64,000 nucleotides of DNA from an uncultured bacterium. Its GTDB lineage: Bacteria; Babelota; Babeliae; Babelales; Babelaceae. The stretch spans positions 1,152,001 through 1,216,000 of the forward strand of contig CAVRKK010000002.1 in assembly GCA_963722385.1 (NCBI GenBank), given 5' to 3'. Positions 39,334 to 50,542 of the stretch are shown one piece after another. Under the pieces are notes generated by a model. The model was not told the DNA's origin. It was given only the letters and a program-made list of their open reading frames with translations, and made no database searches. The first letter of the stretch is position 1. Every line of letters begins with the position of its first letter. Made by a program: the position numbers and the translations under genes.

Positions 39334-39566
39334 CGGTTACCTCACTTAACTATTTATATATTAATATTGTACATCTATCATGAGCTATTACTAGTGTTTA
39401 TAAGGTCCTTAGTAAAAAGAGGGTTTCTTGGATCGAAGTTTTCAAACAACTTAAGCCATGAATGCAGACAACGTAAACAACAAGGGCCCTTAAGAAGATT
39501 TATCACGGTTGTTGTTTGACCTAAAGCTGTTATACTTTCTGTGCAATAAGCTAACGAAAATATATC

Positions 39567-40613
39567 ATGCATAAACCTGCTCTTTTGATCACTGGTGGTG
39601 CCGGCTATATCGGATCACACTGTGCTTTTCATTTAGCCAGCCAGGGCTATCAAGTGGTAGTTCTTGACATAGCTCGAACAAAGCCCATGGGTGCTTGGGC
39701 GACTTTTGTCCATGGCGACTTTTCTGATACGATTCTTGTATCAGAGCTTTTAAGGGCGTATAACATTCAAGCGGTAATTCATTGCGCTGCATTTATTCAG
39801 GTGGGTGAGTCAGTAAGCGATCCGCTTAAGTACTACATGAATAACGTTGCTAAAACTATAGCGCTCCTGCAAACAATGCTTGCCCATAACGTAAAAAAGC
39901 TCATATTTTCGTCGAGCGCTGCCGTTTACGGAACACCCTCAATGCCCTTATTAGATGAAAATCACCCACCAAGCCCCATTAATCCCTACGGCACAAGTAA
40001 GCTCATGATCGAACAGGTCATGAGCGATATGTACCATGCCTACGGCCTTAATTTTGTGGCATTGCGGTATTTTAATGTCGCAGGCGCATGGGCCGAGCAT
40101 AATTTAGGAGAGTGCCATATACCGGAGACACATATTATTCCCCTGATGATTCAAGCATGCGTACAAGAAAAACCCTTCACGCTCTATGGCGCGGATTATG
40201 AAACACCCGACGGGACCTGCATAAGGGATTACGTACATGTGGGCGATGTAGCTTATGCTCATGAGCGCGCGCTTGCATATCTTTTGGCAGGTCAAAAGTC
40301 CGACTTTTTTAATATAGGCACCGGCCAGGGCCGCTCGATAAGGGACCTCGCCAATATCGTACAACAAGTGGTGGGCAAACCTTTAAAACTGATCAAAGGG
40401 CCGCGAAGAGCGGGGGATCCATCGATGCTGGTAGCCAGCATCCAAAAAGCACAGTTACTCCTCGCATGGGAACCTCTCCATCGTGACCTAGACCAGGTAA
40501 TTTCAAGTGCTTATGCTTATCAGAGGCTCAGGGCTATCCCAGAAAACGCCTTAACGTTTTCTGCTTCGCATATAGATAACCACCATACATGCTATCAACC
40601 CGACGATAAGTGA
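39567..40613 (+). CDS. galE: UDP-glucose 4-epimerase
   Basis: TGGAGYIGSH, VGESV..PL.YY.NN, SSSAAVYG, YGTSK, LRYFN, DGTCIRDYVHV. Confidence 0.96.
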   Translation: MHKPALLITGGAGYIGSHCAFHLASQGYQVVVLDIARTKPMGAWATFVHGDFSDTILVSELLRAYNIQAVIHCAAFIQVGESVSDPLKYYMNNVAKTIALLQTMLAHNVKKLIFSSSAAVYGTPSMPLLDENHPPSPINPYGTSKLMIEQVMSDMYHAYGLNFVALRYFNVAGAWAEHNLGECHIPETHIIPLMIQACVQEKPFTLYGADYETPDGTCIRDYVHVGDVAYAHERALAYLLAGQKSDFFNIGTGQGRSIRDLANIVQQVVGKPLKLIKGPRRAGDPSMLVASIQKAQLLLAWEPLHRDLDQVISSAYAYQRLRAIPENALTFSASHIDNHHTCYQPDDK

Positions 40614-42164
40614 AACAGAGCATCGTAGCCAAAAAGGACTTTGGTGTAAAAAGCCGACACACAAGAAAGCAAGCGCAGCACCCGTTAACGGGGCAAGCGA
40701 ATAGCCGGCTTGTGTTTGGACATGGTCCAGATGATAAGATTGAGCACTCGTCGAGGCCATGACGGTGGCATCAGTGATAGGCGATAAATGGCTCCCAGCT
40801 ATCGCCCCTGACAAGAGAGCTCCTATAACAGGCGCAATCTGATAGAGGTCGTCCAGCGAAACGAGTGGAGGATTGCCCAAAAATTTAACAATCAATGGTA
40901 ATGCGAGGGGCATAAGCAGCATAATGCTTCCCCATGATGATCCTGTGCTGGCGGTAGTTAAAGCACTTGCCAGAAAAACAATTACGGGTATAAGCGTTAA
41001 ATCAAGCGTATTTGAAAGTAAGCGTGCTACGTATTCACCGGTATGCAGATCTGTCTGGAGCATGGTTGATAATGTCCAGGCAAGCCAAAGAATAATTAAT
41101 GAATTTTTCATGAGCATAAATCCCTGCCAGCTTAAACTGACCAGCCGGGAAGGCGTTACGGTTTTTTTGAGGGTGATGCTCAAAGCGATCATTACGGTCG
41201 CGCATACGCTGCCAGCGCAGAGGGCGAAGATACTATTACCGCTCATAAATGCCGCTGATAGTGATGACGTTCCGCCAAAAAGGGTATAATGCCCGGTTGC
41301 CAAGAGTACGGTAACGCAGACGATGATAAAAATGATCAATGGCAATATAACATCCCAGATTGAACCTGTTTGAGCCGAATCGGGCAGCTCCTTGTGCATT
41401 ACGAGTTCAGTTTTTCCGCCAAAAAGGTTGCCATCGCGAAGACTTTGCTCTTCATACCGATGCATGAGGCCGTATGAAATGTTACGTGTCACAACGTACC
41501 ATGCAGCGAAAATGCTCAAAATCGGGTAGAAGAGGAACGGTACAATATATAAATAGAGGCGAAAGGGGTCGGTAATAATCAGGGAGCCCGGGATTGCCAT
41601 TTTATGTACCCCCGAGGCTTCCAATTGTGTTAAGATCATGCCTACCCAGCTGCTGGCTGGTACAAGCACCGCTAAAGGAGAGCTCACTGAATTGAGCAGA
41701 TAGGCGAGCTTTGCCCGGGGAACTTTGAAATGGTCGGTTATAGGACGCATAATAGACCCCACCATGAGGGCGCTGAGGTAGTCATCGACAAAAAAACAGC
41801 ATGAAAGAGCTAAAGATGCCATCTGCGCTGTGCGACGAGTGGTAAGGCTCTTGAGTAAGGCTCTGGTGAATATCCGGAGCCCTCCGGTAAATGTCATACA
41901 CTCAATAAGAATCCCCAGAAAAATAAGAAAGCCAAACATGAGGATTTTGTCATATGAGCCCGTATGGTAGAGAACGTCAGGAATGCCCGTTTGTTCGATC
42001 AAGCGGCTCGTGACCAGCCCAAGAGCAGGTAGTACGGAAAAATTGGTAGCGATTAATCCTGCTGCAAGAATGCCCACCAGCAACGAAATGAGCACATTGC
42101 GTGTCAGGAGGGCTAAAGCGAAAATAAGACAAGGAGGTACAAGTACGAGAGCACTCGGATTCAT
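40551..42164 (-). CDS. NhaC-family Na+/H+ antiporter-like transporter
   Basis: FFVDDY, RAKLAY, P.SSW, STGSSWG, GSHLSPITDAT..AS..HV.TQ; many TM helices. Confidence 0.88.
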   Translation of the reverse strand: MNPSALVLVPPCLIFALALLTRNVLISLLVGILAAGLIATNFSVLPALGLVTSRLIEQTGIPDVLYHTGSYDKILMFGFLIFLGILIECMTFTGGLRIFTRALLKSLTTRRTAQMASLALSCCFFVDDYLSALMVGSIMRPITDHFKVPRAKLAYLLNSVSSPLAVLVPASSWVGMILTQLEASGVHKMAIPGSLIITDPFRLYLYIVPFLFYPILSIFAAWYVVTRNISYGLMHRYEEQSLRDGNLFGGKTELVMHKELPDSAQTGSIWDVILPLIIFIIVCVTVLLATGHYTLFGGTSSLSAAFMSGNSIFALCAGSVCATVMIALSITLKKTVTPSRLVSLSWQGFMLMKNSLIILWLAWTLSTMLQTDLHTGEYVARLLSNTLDLTLIPVIVFLASALTTASTGSSWGSIMLLMPLALPLIVKFLGNPPLVSLDDLYQIAPVIGALLSGAIAGSHLSPITDATVMASTSAQSYHLDHVQTQAGYSLAPLTGAALAFLCVGFLHQSPFWLRCSVSLIVGLIACMVVIYMRSRKR

Positions 42165-42345
42165 ATAATTCCCGGTTTAAGTTGACCAATGTTTGCTTTT
42201 CATTTAATATTGTAACATAAATCCTTGTGCTGTAACGGTCAAGTTAGTTTTTTTGTACTCAAGGTACCCAGAGGGCTGTGCTCAAAAAGTGCTTGATGGC
42301 TAGTGTAGGGTAACGTATTATTTTATGGTGAGGGGCCGAGTTTTT

Positions 42346-42786
42346 ATGAATATGAACAAAATATTTTTTCTTAGAACTGAAGATAGAAACCCACGCTGGC
42401 ATGTCATTGATGCTAAAAATAAGGTGGTGGGTCGTCTAGCTACCGAAGTTGCGGACATTTTACGTGGCAAGGTAAAGCCTTCATATACTCCCCATTCGGA
42501 TGCAGGGGACTATGTCGTGGTAATTAATGCTGAAAAGATTGTTTTTACCGGCGATAAGATGAGAGACAAAGAATATGTTTGGTACACCGGTTACATTGGC
42601 GGTCAGAAAAGCCTTACTGCTCGTCAAGTGATGGCAAAAGATCCAGCACGAGTATTCATGCATGCGGTTAAGGGCATGATGGGTTCGACTAAGCTGGGCA
42701 AAGAACAACTTAAAAAGTTGAAAATTTACGCAGGTGCTGAACATCCACATCAAGCCCAAATTGCAACACAAGAGCAAAAAGCTTAA
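42346..42786 (+). CDS. rplM: 50S ribosomal protein L13
   Basis: WHVIDA..VGRLA...LRGK.KP.YTPH.D.GD.VVVINA; HPH.AQ. Confidence 0.97.
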   Translation: MNMNKIFFLRTEDRNPRWHVIDAKNKVVGRLATEVADILRGKVKPSYTPHSDAGDYVVVINAEKIVFTGDKMRDKEYVWYTGYIGGQKSLTARQVMAKDPARVFMHAVKGMMGSTKLGKEQLKKLKIYAGAEHPHQAQIATQEQKA

Positions 42787-42789
42787 AAG

Positions 42790-42963
42790 CTAGGGCATCG
42801 TGCTACCAAGAAATCGTAACAAAATTGATACGACAAAAAGCACGATAAAAATATAGAAAATAATTTTTGCCATGTTGCTTGCGGTAGCAGCAATGCCGCT
42901 GAAGCCTAAAACGCCAGCAACGATAGCGATAATTAAGAAAATTATTGCCCAATTGAGTAACAT
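42790..42963 (-). CDS. DUF1328 (YtjA) small membrane protein
   Basis: [29 protein letters not shown]. Confidence 0.9.
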   Translation of the reverse strand: MLLNWAIIFLIIAIVAGVLGFSGIAATASNMAKIIFYIFIVLFVVSILLRFLGSTMP

Positions 42964-43033
42964 TTTTCTCCTGATCTCGTTAAGTAATTTTGACACGAAC
43001 GGTTCCTGGGTTACTCTAGGAACCGTTATTATT

Positions 43034-44323
43034 TTATTTCAGAAAAAGCCCGAGGTAAACTTGTTCTTGCAGTGGTAATGGTAATTCAGGCACGCGCTCT
43101 AGGATGCCGTGGTATAGTTCTCTCAGGGGTACCTGTTGCCACAAGAGCGATCTGATTTCTTCAAGACGGTTTTGATCAGATGCACGTCTTGGGCGAATCA
43201 TTAAGTGATCGCAAAAATCAATAAGGGATATAATATCGAGTGGCGCAATATAGTTTGATTCAGCGAGTTCGTTAGCGATCTGAATAATAAGTTCAACTAT
43301 TTTTGGCTCACGTCGTGCTATTGCTATTCGCAGACCACGAGTTAAAACAGCATGCCATTGAGACCCTACCGTAAGCCAAGGTTTATTTGCCTTGATGGTG
43401 AATAGTTCAAGAGTAGCGAGGTCTGTATGAAGGATAGCGGTTTGAAACGCATCATAGCGTGTTTCTTCCGTTAAATCCCAATTGTTGGTTAAAAAATCTA
43501 TAAGCTCATGGTTTTGGGTAGCCACGGCCAAGGTGAACGCGTAGTTTAGCAGCTTAATATAGTTTTCATAGGGGATTGCTTGCTGTTGCGCGGCTGAAAT
43601 ATATTCTTGCAGGAGCTTTAAGGCTTTTTTTGTCTTGCCATAAATAATGAAGCCATGGAACTTGAGCATAGTGTTAAATGGTTGAGTGCCAAACTCAGGC
43701 GTTGTGAGAATCCCTTTGGTCATGATGTATTTTAGGAAGGGGATTGTTTTAGGGTCGCTGCTAAAATTAAAATGGGTAAGCAGCCAGACGATCATTGCCG
43801 ACGTATGGGCTGCTTCTCGTGAGCCAGGGGTAGTGCGCATATGATGACGGACAACATAACGGAATAGTGTTGGCATCAGATACGTGATATTATTAAATTC
43901 TATTAACACGATAAAGGCGGTTAGATTTAAGCTCTGCATAAGCGAGGCCAGATTTTCACGCGAAATCTTTGCGCCATATTCAAGAAGCAGACGGGCTGCT
44001 TCAGCCCCATTTTTTTGGAAGACGCACATGAGTGGTGATGGGCAATCAGGCCATTCTTCTAATCCTTGCCATGACTGAGCATTGGCGCCATGCTCAAGAG
44101 CTTGACGTACTTTGTTCTGGTCAATAGGGCTTTCACGCAAGGCATCATAGAGAGCTTTTTGCGCTTCTGTGAGCGAGACGGCAGGCGCCGTGGGTTGTTG
44201 TGGTTTCGTTTCTTCCTCTTCTTCTTCTTCCCCTCGGGCCCGTTTTCGCGGCGGCTCCATGGCGACGACATCGGAAAATAGGCAAAAAGTAAGAAGCAAG
44301 CGCCATAGAAATATATTTTTCAT
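43034..44323 (-). CDS. Secreted helical/ankyrin-like protein with NLS-like motif
   Basis: Signal peptide then MEPPRKRAR; degenerate ankyrin units ([12 protein letters not shown]...LLLEYGA). Confidence 0.8.
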   Translation of the reverse strand: MKNIFLWRLLLTFCLFSDVVAMEPPRKRARGEEEEEEETKPQQPTAPAVSLTEAQKALYDALRESPIDQNKVRQALEHGANAQSWQGLEEWPDCPSPLMCVFQKNGAEAARLLLEYGAKISRENLASLMQSLNLTAFIVLIEFNNITYLMPTLFRYVVRHHMRTTPGSREAAHTSAMIVWLLTHFNFSSDPKTIPFLKYIMTKGILTTPEFGTQPFNTMLKFHGFIIYGKTKKALKLLQEYISAAQQQAIPYENYIKLLNYAFTLAVATQNHELIDFLTNNWDLTEETRYDAFQTAILHTDLATLELFTIKANKPWLTVGSQWHAVLTRGLRIAIARREPKIVELIIQIANELAESNYIAPLDIISLIDFCDHLMIRPRRASDQNRLEEIRSLLWQQVPLRELYHGILERVPELPLPLQEQVYLGLFLK

Positions 44324-44631
44324 AAAAAACCTCTAATTTAATAATTATATTACTTACGTAGAATATACTACAGAATTAAAGCTCTAATAGTCAATAAAAA
44401 TTTACGATAAGTATCTATTGGATTCAGAGAGTTAATGAATTTTGAAGAGGGCCGGTTTTGCTTGCACCGTTATTAATATTATTTGTTGTTGACGTCAATT
44501 TTTATAAAAGTAATATGAAAAATAGATGATTGATAATGCATGGGGCAAAAGCTTTATTATAAACCCTATTAAAATTTGATGAACACATCATAAGCTATTT
44601 AGGGAACAATACATCAAATAAAGGTCTACAA

Positions 44632-45819
44632 ATGAAATTGAGAAGCTTTATCGTGATCTTGCTTGGCTTGATAGCTTTGTTTACGTTATTTAAGCGATCG
44701 TTGCCTGAGGATGCGCAAGCTACTGCTCAACATATTCTTGATGCCGCTGATATCAAAATTAATGGCCAGCGTTCGTGGGATATTACGGTGCACAATCCTG
44801 CTCTTTATGCGAGAGTTTTGCGTGATGGTTCGCTTGGCTTAGGCGAAGCTTATATGGAGGGCTGGTGGGATTGCTCGGCGCTTGATGAGTTCTTCTTTAA
44901 GCTTTTACGATCGGAAACTGGTGGTCAGGTGGGACTTAATTGGCGGCTGATGTGGGATTTTATGAAAGCAAAGCTCATAAATTTGCAGTCAAGATCGCGC
45001 TCCACCCAGGTGGGCAAGCGGCATTATGACCTTGGTAACGATCTCTTTAAGGCTATGCTTGATAATCGCATGATCTATTCCTGTGCTTATTGGCCCAAGG
45101 CTCGCTCGCTTGATCAGGCACAAGAGAAAAAGCTCGATCTAATCTGTAAAAAGCTCGACCTTAAGCCCGGCATGAAGGTGCTTGATATTGGTTGTGGCTG
45201 GGGAGGTTTTGCCCGCTATGCTGCAGAGAAATATGGGGTTGAAGTTGTTGGTATCACCATATCGAAAGAACAGGTCGCCCATGGGCAGGATTATTGCAAA
45301 GACCTGCCTGTCGCGATACGAATGCAAGACTACCGAAACTTGAATGAGATATATGACCGCATTGTTAGTGTTGGGATGTTCGAGCACGTCGGGACTGATA
45401 ATTATAAAACGTTTATGGACATAGCCGCTCGCTGTCTTAAAGATGATGGGCTATTCTTACTGCATACGATAGGTGGCAATAGCTCAACGACGATTCCAGA
45501 TGCCTGGATTAACACGTATATTTTCCCCAATGGCATGCTTCCTTCTATGAAACAAATAACCGAGGCTGCCGAAGGAACTTTTATCATCGAGGATTGGCAT
45601 AATTTTGGGCCTGATTACGATAAAACGTTAATGGCTTGGTTTGACCGTTTTGATAAGTCGTGGCCCATGCTTAAGTCACACTATGACGAGCGCTTTTATC
45701 GTATGTGGAAGTACTATCTCCTGTCATGTGCTGGGTTATTTAGAGCCCGCGGTGCACAATTGTGGCAAATAGTGCTTTCTAAAAAGGGAAAACTCGGGGG
45801 CTACCTACCCGTCAGATAA
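44632..45819 (+). CDS. cfa: Cyclopropane-fatty-acyl-phospholipid synthase
   Basis: GLGEAYM.GWW, HYDLGNDLF, VLDIGCGWG, SVGMFEHVG, YIFPNG, RMW.YYL. Confidence 0.97.
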   Translation: MKLRSFIVILLGLIALFTLFKRSLPEDAQATAQHILDAADIKINGQRSWDITVHNPALYARVLRDGSLGLGEAYMEGWWDCSALDEFFFKLLRSETGGQVGLNWRLMWDFMKAKLINLQSRSRSTQVGKRHYDLGNDLFKAMLDNRMIYSCAYWPKARSLDQAQEKKLDLICKKLDLKPGMKVLDIGCGWGGFARYAAEKYGVEVVGITISKEQVAHGQDYCKDLPVAIRMQDYRNLNEIYDRIVSVGMFEHVGTDNYKTFMDIAARCLKDDGLFLLHTIGGNSSTTIPDAWINTYIFPNGMLPSMKQITEAAEGTFIIEDWHNFGPDYDKTLMAWFDRFDKSWPMLKSHYDERFYRMWKYYLLSCAGLFRARGAQLWQIVLSKKGKLGGYLPVR

Positions 45820-45844
45820 GAAAGCTGTCATAACTGCCAAAGAT

Positions 45845-46957
45845 TTATCTGGGCGCTAAGTAACCAAAAATGTGCTTAAGATCTTTCATGCTCAAATAAG
45901 CTACGAGCAAGAGAATAGCAATCCAGCTTACATAATGAATTCCCATACGAACGTTTTCGGGTAGCGGTCGACCAGCAAGAGCTTCAATGGTGTAAAAAAC
46001 TATTTGGCCGCCATCGAGTATGGGAAGTGGTATAAGATTAAGGATTGCTAAGTTAATACTAATAAGTATGAGGAGAAAAAGCCAGGCCTTGAATCCTTGT
46101 TGGGCGCTTTGCGTTATTTGCGAGATAATCAAGAGGGGTCCGCCCATCCCAGCGGTGCTTTTTTGACGAAAAATAGCGATAAAGCCTAATGCAGTAGCTT
46201 TAATAAGACGGTTGGTCTCAGCAATGCCTGAGGAGAGCGCTTGGCCGATGCCTTGGCGGGGAAGATCCTGGGATTTGAATTTGCTTATGCCGAGTTTGCC
46301 TCTCGCTTCTTGGCCCTGGCCGATAGAGTCAAGGTGCACGGGCAATGAAAGCTGCTGGCTATCTCGAATAATACCGAGCGTTACTTGTTTGTTGGGCGAT
46401 GATCGTATGTGGGAAAGCAAGCTGCCCAGATTATTACGAATATTCTGACCATCAAACGTGACCAAAGTGTCACCAGAATGCAGTCCTGCTTGTGCTGCCG
46501 CGCTATTTTCTTCTACGGTCTCGATTATCGTTGTAGGCTTGGGAGCGCCCAGCGCATAAAGTAAGATGAAAGCGATATAAGCAAATAATAGGTTGAACAA
46601 AATGCCACCGAACATGATGAGCATTTTTTGATAATAAGGCTTTACGGCAAAAGACCCCTCGTCCTGCCGGTGGGCTTCTTTTTGTTCCCCTTGGCCGACC
46701 TCAGCAGCGCCTGCCATTTCAACATACCCACCAAGCGGGATGGCTGAGATACGAAACATGGTATCGCCTAATTTCTTTTGAATGATAGCGGGACCAAAGC
46801 CCAATGAGAAGGAGGGCGTGCTAACTCCAAACACTTTGGCAAAAAAGAAATGGCCGAGCTCATGAAAGCCAATTAAAAAGCCAATGCCAATAATACCTGC
46901 TAAAACATAATACAGGGTGCTAAAAAGCGAGAGAATCGAGGTGCTTTGAACTGCCAT
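45845..46957 (-). CDS. rseP: RseP-like site-2 metalloprotease with PDZ domain
   Basis: HELGH, IPLGGYV, PDZ, NLIPLPILDGG. Confidence 0.95.
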   Translation of the reverse strand: MAVQSTSILSLFSTLYYVLAGIIGIGFLIGFHELGHFFFAKVFGVSTPSFSLGFGPAIIQKKLGDTMFRISAIPLGGYVEMAGAAEVGQGEQKEAHRQDEGSFAVKPYYQKMLIMFGGILFNLLFAYIAFILLYALGAPKPTTIIETVEENSAAAQAGLHSGDTLVTFDGQNIRNNLGSLLSHIRSSPNKQVTLGIIRDSQQLSLPVHLDSIGQGQEARGKLGISKFKSQDLPRQGIGQALSSGIAETNRLIKATALGFIAIFRQKSTAGMGGPLLIISQITQSAQQGFKAWLFLLILISINLAILNLIPLPILDGGQIVFYTIEALAGRPLPENVRMGIHYVSWIAILLLVAYLSMKDLKHIFGYLAPR

Positions 46958-47082
46958 TTGAAGAGCTCCTTGCTAGAGTATTCTATTAAGCTATATCAAC
47001 ATAAGGACGCTTATATGATACCTAAGTAGGCAAGGTACATCAAGTTTAGCATGATTTTTCAGATAATTTTTATAATTAACGC

Positions 47083-47310
47083 TTATATTTTAGGTGCAAC
47101 CAGGTTAAATACTGAAAGAGCTTGCTCGATACTTTCTTTTGCTGCCGCTAGATCGGGTATGTAAAAATAAGTATCTGGATAACGGCTGCCATGCACATAT
47201 GGGTTTAATTCAGTAGCTATATCTAATACGATGCTAAATTCGCTATCCAGCTCTATACAGGATTTTACCAAGGCGATAAGGTCGTGAGTTTTTTGAGGGT
47301 TTTTTCCATT
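47083..47310 (-). pseudogene. HEPN gene remnant (3' part)
   Basis: PQKTHDLIALVKSC...LNPY...RYPD..F.IPDL resembles 38640-39026; 5' end and MNT partner missing. Confidence 0.75.
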
Positions 47311-47467
47311 GGTATGTAGCTTTTAAACAGCTTCTTGGCTCTAATACTGCAGGAACGAGCTTAGGAGGGCAGCTCCTCTAACGTAGGAATTATTGCAAGA
47401 ACAGTAATTAGTGGTACTGCTGCCTTATCCCAAGAATGAACAATTTTTTCATGTAGTCTTGGTGGTT

Positions 47468-49164
47468 TTAAAGATCGTCTACTGATGATTTGTTGTCAAA
47501 ATTAACACTTGCGGTAGCACGATGCTGATATTGGCGGTACTTATAGAATAACAGAAGAGCACCTACGGTGGCTGCTGTTAAAACAGTAAGGCCAAGGGGA
47601 ATACCTACGGTAGTACCTATAATTACTCCGAGAGGTAAACTGCTACTTGATCCATCACCATCGCCCTGCGAGCTTCCGAGTAAGATTGGTATGAGTGATA
47701 CATCATTTGAAAAGAGGTTAGCTGTTAGTACGTAAATGCCACTTGGTGAAAAGGTGATGCTGACACAGTGGGTTGAGTTAGGGGGAAGTGAAGATGTTGC
47801 TGCTTGCTGTAGTGTACCTCCCGTAGCATTAAAGAAGGTAACACTGCTTGAATTGCTATTAGCTACAGCGAGATACTGACCATTTAATGAAGAAGCAATA
47901 GACTGGGATTCATTGTATTCTGTGGTAGCAGATAGGAACTACCGTCAGCAAGAGTGTCATTGTTCACTGTAAAGATTGTTACATCATTTGATGCACTATT
48001 AGCAGTTGCAAGATAGAGGTTGTTATTGTTAGCAAAAAAAGTAATTGATTGCGGCTCTGTAGACCCTGCTGGAAGAGCATGTGAAAGAGCATTGCTTAAA
48101 GTGCCTGCCGTTACCTTAAAGAGTGTTACATCGCTTGAATGTGCATTTGCTGTTGCAAGATATATCCCTTTTGGAGAAAAAGAAAGGCCGACAGGATATA
48201 AAGATCCTGCAGGTAATGGATAAGAAAGAGCACTTTGTAAAGATCCTTCTACGACGTTAAATACAGTTACATCGTTTGAATCGCTGTTGGCTACTGCAAG
48301 ATAAAAATCGTTGGGTGCAAATTCTACTGAAGCTGGTTTTGTTGACCCTGCGGGTAAGGTATACGAAGTACCTGCCACGAGTGCATCATTTACTAAGGCG
48401 AAGAGTGTTATATCGTGTGAATTGCTATTGGCAGTTGCAACATAGGAATTATTAGTTGAAAAAGCAATGGAAGAGGGATTAAGTGATCCTGAAGGTAGTT
48501 TATAGGATATTCCTGATACAGAAGAAGTACTGTTCATAGTAAACAAGGTTACATCGCTTGAGTTATAGTTTGCTGTTGCAAAATGCTTATTATCAGATGC
48601 AAATGCTATTGAATCAGGCTGTGTAGAGCCTGGTGGTAAGGGGTAAGAAATTTTGGTGGTTTGTTCCACTTGAAATATTGTTACATTGTTTGAGCCGTAA
48701 TTAGCAGTGGCAAGATATGAACCGTCGGGCGAATAGGCTACTGAGGAAGGCTCACTAGAACCGCTTGGCAATGCATATGACACTGCTCCCGATAAAACTT
48801 CTCCTGCTCCAACCTGGAATATTGCTACATTTGAGTAATTAGCAGTAGCAAGATATGAACCATCGGGCGAAAAGGCTACTGAGCAAGGCAAGCTAGAATC
48901 GCTTGGCAATGCATACGACACTGTCCCTGATAACACACCTCCTGCTCCAACCTGGAATATTGTTACATTGGCTGAGTTTTCATTAGCAGTGGCAAGATAT
49001 GAACCATCGGGTGCAAATGCGACTGAATAAGGCTCGCCAGAACCACTTGGTAACGCATAAGAGGATGCTTCTGATAAAGTTACCGCGTTGGTATGGATGC
49101 TTGTTAAAATGGTCAGAATTGCGCTGAGCAGAAGAGTGTAAAAATGACCTGTGTGTAATGACAT
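47468..49164 (-). pseudogene. Frameshifted paralog of the beta-propeller membrane protein
   Basis: Same repeats; frameshift near 47910, then NGQYLAVANS...THCVSITFSP...LGVIIGTTVGIPLGL TM and tail ending at TAA 47468. Confidence 0.88.
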
Positions 49165-49403
49165 ATATTATCAGCCCCCATATTTTTTGAATTTTTAAGT
49201 CAGCAAAGAGCATAAATGACATTTAAGATATTTGCAATCTACATTCTGCGGGGTCTACATTTATCCTCTTCAAAAATGGTATTTGAAATGTTTAACGAGC
49301 TTCTTTTGCTAGTATACGGGTCTGTGGTGCCACGATAGCCTTGCCGATTGACTTTAGGCGTATTATATTATTCATAAATGTTTAAATTAAGGCGGGATCT
49401 TTT

Positions 49404-50507
49404 GTGTTTATTAATAGCTATTATTTTTTATGCTTTACTATAGTAAGCGGCTTGAGTGTAAGTCTCTATGGTATGGAACATGACAATGTAAGCTTTGTTG
49501 GTACAGAAAACAGGTCAAGCCAAGCGGATGATAATTTGCAAACTATTATCCGTGCTTTCGAGCTATTTGATTGGCCCGATTGCGCCATAAAGCTTTTCCA
49601 AGGTGAGGCTGATGAAGCAAAAAAATGTGTGATAAGAGATATTATTTTCTTTACCGCTGTACGCAACGGACATCTGCGCACCGTTGAGGCCCTTTTAAAA
49701 CTTGGGGCACAAGCGAATGGTTGTGATGAATTTGGTAATAGCGCTGTAAAACTAGCAGAACAGTCTGGAAATAGCGAAGTAATGGTACTTCTTGCTAATT
49801 CTCTAGCAGCAGGCGACTCTGGAGAGCATACTCAAAGTTCAGACAGCTGCCCTGTTACGCCTATTGCCACACACCCGGGGCAGTCAATGCTTGATCTGTC
49901 CTCGCTGAAATTAAGTGAGCTTGATCGTAAAGCATTGGAGTTTTTTGATTGGCCCAATACAGTGCGGTTCCTCATTGAAAATGAAAAGTGTTTGTATAGA
50001 AAAAAGATATTAACATTATTTATATTCTTTACGGCGGCATCTAATGGCCATATTGAAACAGTAAAATTCCTGCTTCTTGCAGGGCTCGATGGTAATATTG
50101 CCGACGACAATGGGGATACGGTGCTCCATAAAGCGGCAGGAGGAGGACATTACGAACTCGTGAAGCTTCTGCTTTGCTCTGGTGTGCGAGCGAGTGAGAT
50201 AAACTACAATGGTCAAACACCTCTTGAGCTAAGCTTGGCTCGGGGGCGAGGAACCGAGATTAATCAGCTTCTTCGGAGCTCGGGCGCTTTGACAAGTGAA
50301 GAGCTCGCAAGAGAAATGACTGATTTAACGACAAGAAAGTTAAGGTTGCCTCTTTTGCCGCCGATAACTGTCGACTTAACCGAGCAGCTCGATTTGCTTG
50401 ACGAAGTCATAGATGTGATTGAGGTGTTTGAGGCTTCTAATGCTTCTGAGCCTATCGCCTCGTCTCGAGAGCAAGACTTAGGGAATGCGTATATTTACGT
50501 GGATTAG
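49404..50507 (+). CDS. Secreted ankyrin-repeat protein
   Basis: Signal peptide ending LYG-ME; duplicated FDWP...FFTA..NGH..TV..LL unit; GDTVLHKAA, GQTPL. Confidence 0.9.
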   Translation: MFINSYYFLCFTIVSGLSVSLYGMEHDNVSFVGTENRSSQADDNLQTIIRAFELFDWPDCAIKLFQGEADEAKKCVIRDIIFFTAVRNGHLRTVEALLKLGAQANGCDEFGNSAVKLAEQSGNSEVMVLLANSLAAGDSGEHTQSSDSCPVTPIATHPGQSMLDLSSLKLSELDRKALEFFDWPNTVRFLIENEKCLYRKKILTLFIFFTAASNGHIETVKFLLLAGLDGNIADDNGDTVLHKAAGGGHYELVKLLLCSGVRASEINYNGQTPLELSLARGRGTEINQLLRSSGALTSEELAREMTDLTTRKLRLPLLPPITVDLTEQLDLLDEVIDVIEVFEASNASEPIASSREQDLGNAYIYVD

Positions 50508-50542
50508 CAGCACTGTCCTTACGGTGCTCTAACCCAAATAGG

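Noticed and set aside
40551..40613. 63-bp convergent overlap of galE and the nhaC-family gene as a regulatory system
   Set aside because: Most simply a non-conserved GalE C-terminal extension
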